Positions 54,067 to 64,000 of a stretch of 64,000 nucleotides of DNA are shown here, one piece after another. The DNA is from Macrostomum lignano (taxonomy: Eukaryota): NCBI GenBank assembly GCA_002269645.1, contig NIVC01000175.1:496001-560000 (forward strand), read 5' to 3'. The notes under the pieces are model-generated. The model saw only the letters and a program-made list of their open reading frames with translations, did not search any database and was not told the origin of the DNA. Positions within the stretch are counted from its first letter, which is position 1; every line of letters starts with the position of its first letter. The position numbers and the translations under genes are program-made.

Positions 54067-55296
54067 TTAAGCGTTAGCAGTCTCACGTTTGTTGTTTTTC
54101 TTTTTCTGCTTCTGCGGCCGACCGCCCTTCTTCTTGTCGGCAGTCTTCTGCTTTTGCTCAGTGCTAGCGCTTTTGGAAATTTTGCCAATCTCTTTTTTCT
54201 TGTTCTTTGACTGCTTTAACTTCTCAGCTTGAGCAGTCTTGGCCTTGGTGGTCTTCTTCTTCTTACCAGCCTTGGACAGCAACTCTTGGTCCCAGAGACT
54301 AGCGCTTAGCTCAGCCAGGTCTTTATCCAAATCTCTGGCTTCCTTTTTCTTTGTTGTCTTCGCCAAATCGGCGCCGCTAGCAGTCTTTGTAGCGGCTGGA
54401 TCGGCGACAAAGATTGGCACATTGCCGCAAGACGGATAGCGCAGATACAAACCGGCAATTGACAAGCCGTATTGACTAGCAAGTCTCTGGGCTGACTGTT
54501 GACAAGCTGACACAATGTTAGCTAATAGTCGCTGGTCTTCATCCAATCGGTCTTTGTCACTACTACTGCCACCCCGCGATAGCGGAGTCATCTGGCCAAC
54601 CAAGCAAGACAAAGTGCTACCATTCAAACAGACTCTAACGCAGCGCAGAGCGCGTTCAATTTCAGCGGACAAATTCTTTGCTTCCAAATCGACAGGCATA
54701 GGCAATTTCCGCCTATTCTTAGCGCCAAACTGTTTGCCAAGCTTATTGCCTAATCGGTGCACAATGGTCCGATCGGCTAAAAAGTAATCGTAGGCATAGC
54801 AGAGCCTACGCTTAGCCTCGTGAGGCATGTAAGCCACGGTCAGTTCGCGCAGAGGCAGCACCGTTAGACTGGCTTTAACGCCGCAAGATTTCAACAGTTC
54901 AGCGTAATGCGCCGATGTAGCATCATAATCTGCCGGAGCTCTTGGCAAATCTTTTGTGATAAGACAACCAGATTCTGTGTCCGGACAGTGCACCAAGTTT
55001 GGCAGCGTCAAGATTATCGTGTTACCATCCGAGGATTTGATGGATTTCGCTTCTGATGACAAGGTAATAGTGAGCAATAACTCGGACGGTTCAAACAACT
55101 GAAGACTCTTTTTAATATTATTGGGAGTTCTATAACAAATAGCGCCGTTAGAAACGGAAGCTAGTCGAACTGTGCGCAGAGCGTTTTCAGCTCGTTTAGT
55201 AAGTTCGTCCTGCGTCAAGGGTAGCGAATGCTGAAGTTGTTCAACTGCCGGAGGCTGGGCAGCCTTGACAGATGTTGCTTTCTGGTTCTTGCTCAT
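54067..55296 (-). CDS. RSL1D1: Ribosomal L1 domain-containing protein 1 (nucleolar Cic1/Utp30-like), single exon, 409 aa
   Basis: CLITKD, EAKRRLCYAYDYFLADRTIVHRLGNKLGKQF...KLPMPVDL, followed by a Lys-rich C-terminal tail. This is the typical RSL1D1 layout. Confidence 0.8.
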   Translation of the reverse strand: MSKNQKATSVKAAQPPAVEQLQHSLPLTQDELTKRAENALRTVRLASVSNGAICYRTPNNIKKSLQLFEPSELLLTITLSSEAKSIKSSDGNTIILTLPNLVHCPDTESGCLITKDLPRAPADYDATSAHYAELLKSCGVKASLTVLPLRELTVAYMPHEAKRRLCYAYDYFLADRTIVHRLGNKLGKQFGAKNRRKLPMPVDLEAKNLSAEIERALRCVRVCLNGSTLSCLVGQMTPLSRGGSSSDKDRLDEDQRLLANIVSACQQSAQRLASQYGLSIAGLYLRYPSCGNVPIFVADPAATKTASGADLAKTTKKKEARDLDKDLAELSASLWDQELLSKAGKKKKTTKAKTAQAEKLKQSKNKKKEIGKISKSASTEQKQKTADKKKGGRPQKQKKKNNKRETANA

Positions 55297-55409
55297 TTTG
55301 GCGACTGAAATTCAAGTGGACGGATAATTATTAATTGGGTAGAGTAATTATAATCCATAAATTAAGAGGGAAATTTATTCCTAACGTGCAGAGGGCAATT
55401 TTCGATGAG

Positions 55410-55730
55410 GTAGATAGAGGGTAGTTATCGATAAGATAGAGAGGTTAGTTATCGATAAGACAGAGAGGGTAGTTATCGATAAGATAGAGAGGTTAGTTAT
55501 CGATAAGATAGAGAGGTTAGTTATCGATAAGATAGAGAGGTTAGTTATCGATAAGATAGAGAGGTTAGTAATCGATAAGATAGAGAGGTTAGTTATCGAT
55601 AAGATAGAGAGGTTAGTTATCGATAAGATGGAGGGTAATTATCGATAAGATAGAGAGGGTAGTTATCGATAAGATGGAGGGAAGTTATCGATAATTTAGA
55701 GATGCAGTTATCGATAAGGTAGAGAGGTAA
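55410..55730. repeat. 24-bp array (gataagatagagaggttagttatc) between RPS15-B and RSL1D1
   Basis: Direct periodicity. Confidence 0.9.
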
Positions 55731-56009
55731 TCATGTGTAAGGAGTAAACCTTATAAACAATCTAATCTAATATACCAAATAATAGTTCTAAGGTAGAAAA
55801 CTCGAAGCAAAAAGTCAAAGACAAAACAAAAATATTCCAAGCTATTAAACTGTTAGCCGATCAAACTGATTGATATATTATTTTTTTCCAATTCACTGAT
55901 CCAACTTAACAAACCGTTATTATTTGGCCAAGAATTCACCGCCAAAGCCTTCTAACTAACAGAAAATCACACTCGCAGTTTTCAGTCTCTTTCCAGCTAG
56001 CAGCAAAGC

Positions 56010-56444
56010 TCACTTCAGCGGGATGAACCGAGAGCTGTGAGTAGCGCCAATACCCGGTCGGCCATGCTTCACAGGCTTGTAGGTGAGCGAGAACTCTCCC
56101 AGGTAGTGCCCAATCATGTCCGGTTTCACTTCAACAGCATTGAAAGTCTTGCCGTTGTACACGCCAACAATGGAGCCGACCATCTCGGGCAGCACAGGCA
56201 TGTTGCGCAGGTGAGTCTTGACAGTTGCGGGCTTCTCACCAACAACGCATTCCTTCTTAGCCTTGCGCAGCCGCTTCAGCAGAGACTGGTGCTTGCGCTT
56301 CAGGCCTCGGTTGAGGCGGCGCCGAATTCTGCAGGTGGCCAACTCGGAGAACTGATCGATGCTCATGTCCAGCAGCTGGTCCAGCTCCACTCCGCGGTAA
56401 TAGTACTTGCGGAAGGTCCTGCTCTTTTTCTGGTCGTCAGCCAT
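56010..56444 (-). CDS. RPS15: 40S ribosomal protein S15 (uS19), copy B, intronless, TGA stop
   Basis: Protein identical to copy A; four synonymous differences plus a different stop codon. Confidence 0.95.
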   Translation of the reverse strand: MADDQKKSRTFRKYYYRGVELDQLLDMSIDQFSELATCRIRRRLNRGLKRKHQSLLKRLRKAKKECVVGEKPATVKTHLRNMPVLPEMVGSIVGVYNGKTFNAVEVKPDMIGHYLGEFSLTYKPVKHGRPGIGATHSSRFIPLK

Positions 56445-56572
56445 TGGTTAGACTTCTTGCTTGAAATATTTCAAAAGCATTTGCATCATTTTCAGTTTAA
56501 TGTATGGCTGCTCATAATGTAATGATTAAAAGTCAATACTATTGGGTATGAGTATGCTAAAGACCTATTATA

Positions 56573-57614
56573 CGAGGGGTGTCCCAAAAGTTCCCGGAAT
56601 GTCTAACGTAGCTCTTCAACGGAGCCATGATGTTTCACGCCCTTGGTGTCAAATGAAAGGAAGTTTTGTCACGAAGAAAATGAAGTTAAAAGCATGTTGA
56701 TATCTGTTTTTATTCAGGAGCTGCAGCAAGAAACGTGCGCAAAGGTCAGGGGTACTGTTACACAACCTCACATATCACTGAAAATAATTTTTTCATCTTC
56801 GTTTTTGGATATTTTCATTTTGAATTCGTGCTACTAACGTCTCAGAAAGACGTGGTAGTGTCTATGGAAAAAAGCAGAAATGCTCATTAAGCTAATCTGA
56901 GCTTTTGCGCGAGTGCAGATAATTCTTACCAAGCGCTTGCTTTCAACTTGAAATCTCTTTGCCAAATTGGGTTCTCTTCAGAGCCTCGAAAGTCAGCGAA
57001 GTCAAGTTTTTGTCCTTTGGTCAGTAGGATGGAGTGGAGCCAAGATTTCTGACCACTCATTCTCCATCCACGGTGAGAACAGCCTGAAAAAAACTGCCAT
57101 TTACGAATGGATCGAACGCTTTAGAGACGGTCCAGAAAATTCGTGGCCGGGTGTTCCAGAACCGCAGTGAACTTAAAGGCTTCACTCGTCGCGTCATCCT
57201 GCATCATGAAATGCCTCGAACTGTTTTTGCCCAGGCCATCGACGGCATGCTTTCAAAGTGGCAGAGGTGTATTCAGCTGAATGGGGACTACGTGGAGAAG
57301 CCGCAGGCTGAGCTTGACGATTCGCTTTGAATTTTGAATCGGTGCATGTCCCAAGGATTCATCAACGGTATGAAATGTTCTGTGTTTTATTGTTTAAAAT
57401 CATTGCCATAGATTTTTGAGGTTGTGTAACAGTACCCCCGACCCCCGCGCACGTTTCTTGCTGCAGCTCCTGAATAAAAACAGATATCAACATGCTTTTA
57501 ACTTCATTTTCTTCGTGACAAAACTTCCTTTCATTTGACACCAAGGGCGTGAAACATCATGGCTCCGTTGAAGAGCTACGTTAGACATTCCGGGAACTTT
57601 TGGGACACCCGTCG
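56573..57614 (+). mobile_element. Non-autonomous Tc1/mariner element with about 200-bp TIRs, TA target duplication and an internally deleted transposase
   Basis: TA|CGAGGGGTGTCCCAAAAGTTCCCGGAAT... at 56571 and ...ATTCCGGGAACTTTTGGGACACCCGTCG|TA ending at 57616. The inverted arms run about 56573-56770 and 57417-57614. Inside are a mariner HTH remnant (IHGENSLKKTAIYEWIERFRDG) and a C-terminal remnant (SKWQRCIQLNGDYVEK, within 57223-57330); no DD(34)D core. Confidence 0.9.
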
Positions 57615-59119
57615 TATTTGTATTTAAAAATGCCCAGAAGGTAATTTTTTATAAAAAATATACTAAAAGTTATTTCGCTTAATGCCCATCTTAACAGGTT
57701 TGTTTACCTGGCAAAATAAAAAGGAACTACAATGGATCATAGCTTCAATTATTCTGGCAGTTTGCAGAGCACCACCAAATATAGTTCCAAGGTCATCAAG
57801 AATCTATATCACAATGATTTGGAGGAGGACAAGTTTGAGTGCATTGAAGAATTTTATAGTGCGCTCTAAACTGTATATTTTAAAGCCCTTTTGCAAAATA
57901 TCTCTTTGTTTCTTTATTGGCAAAATTTTTGTACAAACACCAGTGAAATAAAAGAAGTCTTTTATTTCAACAAATTTTTATCCTGTTACTTTTGTGTAGA
58001 TACACAAAATTTACACTTTGAAAATACACTAGATTGTACAATATTGGTTTGTTTTTACACTTTTCAGTATGCAATTTTGCTTTTTCTTTAATGCATAAAC
58101 AAATTTTTACACATCTAAATCAACTTTAAGTATTGTCAACTCTAAGAGATCTAACTCTTAGTATTGTCAATTACAGTGTGTCTATAGAAATATCAATAAT
58201 TAATATCAAATATCAAAATATGTCCACTGATTGGCACTTTCTATCCTTTAATTGACACTTCTTGTCCAATCACTGACAAATCCTATCTATTTACCAATGC
58301 CTCCTGTCCACTTACTGACATTCTTAAAATTAAAAAAGAACATTTGCGTTGCTATACTTATCTTGTGCATAACACAGTATTTTTTCCTATCTACTAATAT
58401 GTTTTCTTCTTAAAAACTAAAAGAAAAAATGAAGTGCATGAAACAAAAATATTGGTATACTACTTCTATATCTTTAAAAATATAAAGTTTATTATTATTT
58501 TTTTCAAATAAAAATATGTTATAAATAGAAACAAAACTGCTTTTTTTAGTTTTTTAGACAGTTTGACTTTTTATATTAGTACATATTAGGTTTAATGCCA
58601 TAAAAAAGGGTAAGACCTCACTGGGTTTATATACTAGGTTTATACACTATACTCTAGATCATTTAGTATATATACAAAAATTTCAATATGCATTATCCAT
58701 GCATAGCAAAAGTAAGTGTGTATAGTTAGCACGCATCATTTCAAAAAATAATGTATATACATACCTAGTATGCTTTTTATAGAATCAGAGAAAAATTATT
58801 TTGTTTTTTAGGCTTACTAAGTTTTATAAGTTTATAAACCATTAAAAAAATCTTTGCAAATATTGATTTTCTATATATTACAAGCTGTTGAAACCTGCGG
58901 ATTTTGAACCCGGGGAATTTCAATCCCTGGAACTAATTTTGCATGTATTCTGAAATCTAAGGTCATACACAAACAAAAACTTGTTAATAGTTAGTAGGAT
59001 AGAGTGGACACATTCGTGCAAAATTAGGATTTGAGGCAAACATTGATATTGTTGGCTGGGGTACTGCACAGAATGTCAGGCAATGTCTGTCTGACTCTAA
59101 AACATGTATTGGCAAACTC

Positions 59120-60680
<1,561 letters not shown>

Positions 60681-60717
60681 CGCACATAAGCTGGACTCTT
60701 TATTTGGGGGGGGGGGG

Positions 60718-61066
60718 GGGGGCGTAGCCCAGCGGTCTAGCGTAGGCTCTGGTGTGCCAGTGACCCAGGCTCGATTTCAAGTGCAGTCACATTAATTTGG
60801 GGCCGAATTGGAATCTTGGCTTGGCTCTGCTCGTGCAATTAACGGCCTTGAGAGCCAACCCCCAAGGCGCAGTGAAGTGTACATGCCTAACGATAAAATA
60901 AAGTTAGGGCCGCTGTACACTCCTGTGAGTGTGTGCCTGCGTACGTATCCGCGCGCTTGTATGCCTGCTCAGGGGAGTCGGCGGAATGGGCAGTAATGCC
61001 TCTCGCCGGTTGTATGCAGCTATGTCGCTTAAAGTGCGCCAGGGTGCACACAGCCCCCCTGCCTTT
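60718..61066 (+). mobile_element. Possible tRNA-derived SINE (Pol III A/B box head)
   Basis: GGGGCGTAGCCCAGCGGTCTAGCG with A-box TAGCCCAGCGG (60725-60735) and degenerate B-box GGCTCGATTTC (60768-60778), followed by a GC-rich body. The 3' end is uncertain. Confidence 0.45.
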
Positions 61067-61683
61067 AATAAAAAAACTACTCTCATTGTTATTCTCATGC
61101 TTTGATCACGTCATCTTTCTTGCCAATTTGCAGCCCTGAAAGGAATTTGTGTATCTTCAGCTCCACTGCAGTCTGCATCAGTCTAACAACCAAGGAAATA
61201 CGCATTTCTTAGGCCATTTAAATTTCAAAGTACTTTTAAGAGAAACTTAAAATTTCCATGGTGTGCCTAATTTAGTAGGGTTGTATTTCATTGCATCGCA
61301 TCGCCTTTTCATAAATCTTTCGCTTTTACAAACCATGCTGGATTGCCTTGATTTGCCATCCACTGTTAAACTGCTGCAGAGTTTGCCAATACAGAGGGGA
61401 GGGCAGTGGTTAGAATTTCTCACTAAACTGTCATGGCTAAACGTAGCCTCTCCACTCTCGGGGTGCAGAGAAGGCTATAAATAAAGTTATTCCAAAACAC
61501 TGTACATTTGCTATGTACATTCAGTCCTATCGCCTGACCCTTCGTCTTGCTCTGGGGGAATGAGTGAGTGAGTGGCACAAACAACAGAAAAAGCAGACAA
61601 ACTTCACATGCTTACAGTTTCTGTCCTGATTGAGATACAGAGTTGAGACTTTACATGTAGGCAGAGAATGAGTCAATAAAGAA

Positions 61684-62196
61684 TTGTGTCAAATTTGAAG
61701 TCAATCGCTTCACGTGGAGCAAAACTATGGCAGCCGAAAGTTAGGCATTTTAAAACCTATTCACACCCTTTGCCCAGATCGGGAAAGAGAGGCAGGCGGG
61801 CGGAGGTTGGGGTGGTTGCTACGCTGAAAAAAACAGCCTAACTTTAAAAGTGCACAGCACCGCTCAAGATTAACTTTGAGACTCAAAATTTTACATGATT
61901 GTGCCAAAATAGTTTAAGATTATCTGTGTCAAATTTGAAGAGAATCGGTAGAAGTGGAGCAGCGCTATGGAGGATTAAGTGAAAAAATCGCGCATTTTGA
62001 GCAGTTTTTTGTACTTTTAGGTAGGAAGACTTGAGTCTAGGAAATTTAAAGGTAGCCTAAGACATTCTCCGTAGTAAGTTTAGGGTGGGTGTAAAGTTTG
62101 GTGTAATTTGGTTGAGTGGTTTGGGAGTCCATAGCGATCAAAATTGTCCACACACACACACACACACACAGAGTTTTGATTTTTATATGTAGAGAT
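61684..62196 (+). mobile_element. DINE-1/Lep1-like Helitron-derived non-autonomous remnant
   Basis: Repeated blocks tgtgtcaaatttgaag..aatcg..gtggagc (x2) and gtgtaaagtttggt..gtggtttgggagt, then (CA)n and ttttgatttttatatgtag. This block-microsatellite-T-rich layout is known for this family. The call is pattern-based only. Confidence 0.4.
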
Positions 62197-64000
62197 TACC
62201 AATAAAGCAAAAAATCTATCAAATTATTTGCAAAAAATGGGTTTATTATGCAATTTAAAAGATCATTTAATATTGCAATAATAATATAGTTTTGAAAATA
62301 GACATGTTGTAAACACTTTTTAACATACATTTGATAACTAAGCATATTTAATTTTTGTTTGGGTATACATCCTATAGTTCGGAACACCCTGAATGTATGC
62401 CGGACTAAAATCTCTCACAATATTTTTGGTATGCTAGTGTACGCCAAATTTTACGACAATGAATTATTTTGTTTTTAAATTGTGTAAAATAACATTTTTA
62501 ACTGATAATTTGGTTAATACTTTTGCTTTTTTGCTGATATTATTTATAGCGAAAACCTAATACACGCAAAGATTTGTTTAAATTTTTTATTATGAGCTTT
62601 AAAAACCCGGAAACTTAAAACTGCTTAAAAATAAACTCGTTATTTTATTTTATTTTTTATTTTTATTTTATTACTGTTCACAAACTCTTCCATATGATTC
62701 TATTAACTGCATGCACACTATTTTCTTAGACTATTTGATTTGATTCCGCAACTGCAGGAACATGTACGCTACTTTTTGAATATACATTTTATATGCCAGA
62801 TAGTACGCCAGATTTCAAAAAGTAAAAAATTGTACGCCAAGTGTACACCAAAAGTTGTGAATGTACGCCGGATAAATCCGGCATACCACCCTTCTTCCAG
62901 ACTATGGTATACATCTAGCATGATCCAGACTAGTTTGTATATCAATACAAAAAATTGTTATTTGACTATTTACTTAGGCCTACTATACTATTATGTCAAG
63001 ATATATCCAGGCTTCTTGAAGTTTATGTTGATAAAATAGTTGCAATTTTGATAGGATCATAATTCTGTCTCTATAAAGGTTTTTGATGGTGCTGATTTTA
63101 AATTTGAGCTTCATTTTTTGGTAGCTTTAACCCAATTATATGTTGCTTAAAGCCACAAATATCTAATATCTAATATCTAATAGCTTTTTAGATATTATTA
63201 TTAATATTAATCTTTTATTGGCCTAATGAAGTTCTAGCATATGTGCTACTATATTAAAAGTCTAGTGGATACATTTTCAAAAATGTATTTGTAGAAACTT
63301 TTGCTTACTGAACCTCATTAAATGAATAGGAAATTGAGTAAATTGTGATTGAGTACAGGTAACTTTCTGCTGTTTTATTTGCATTTTTGAGATTTTCGGT
63401 GTCCCAAAAGTGTCTACCGCAAGTTTTAGAAAAATCGGAAAATTGGAAGTATTTTATCAACATAAACTTCAAGAAGCCCATATATCCTAGTATGCATTAA
63501 AATATTTAGACCTTTGTTATACATTAGGAAATCTTGGTATACATGTGTTGCCTTTTGAACTATGGGTATTTAGCTTAAAAATAATAAGAGAAATCAAATA
63601 ATAGAAAGACTTATAAGACTTAGATTATAGGCCTATTTATGTCTAACAAAAATGGTATTACAAAACTTCACATAGGTATACAATAAAGATTGTACAATAG
63701 TATAACCTCTAGTTTAAGTACACACAAGCTAAAAAGTGAAGAAGATCTATTCTATTGTAATATTTTTATATTTTATTCTTTTATATACAAGGTTGAACAT
63801 TGAATTAGGGCCTACAATACAAAAAAACAAATTAATTATAATCTAAATATACTAAATTGTTAATTTAGTGTTTTTTATCTGTCTGTCTATTGTTAATTTT
63901 TTTCAAGAACCATCTGGCTAAGTTTTTTTTCAAATTAGCTTTAAAAAATCTCTATTTTTGGGGGCTAATGGCAAAGTGTAGGCCTAACTCATTTGATAAA

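Noticed and set aside
57620-59100. Short ORFs in AT-rich DNA (also 20640-22900 and 62200-64000)
   Set aside because: No recognisable domains, splice context or coding composition.

Overview
Eukaryotic, metazoan genomic DNA with GC-rich exons, AT-rich spacers and an extreme load of minisatellites. The style resembles the flatworm Macrostomum, but that is an inference I cannot confirm. Genes reconstructed by hand from GT-AG junctions and frame continuity: (1) the last exon of an ARHGAP39-like RhoGAP (+); (2) a complete 10-exon CRACR2A/RASEF-family EF-hand + coiled-coil + Rab GTPase (+, 779 aa); (3) a 4-exon quiver/sleepless-like Ly6 protein (+, 195 aa, with a proposed 12.5-kb first intron); (4) a 6-exon cysteinyl-tRNA synthetase (-, 789 aa); (5) intronless ALYREF, RSL1D1 and two protein-identical RPS15 copies (all -). 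There is also an internally deleted mariner element with about 200-bp TIRs, a MITE-like foldback, a tRNA-SINE-like head and a Helitron/DINE-like remnant. Nearly every long intron and intergenic gap carries its own tandem array, and many arrays share GGG(TGA/C)GATTCT / GAGATCT or TTTGGCGCC cores. Most long ORFs in the supplied track are translations of these arrays, not genes. Repeat boundaries are approximate.
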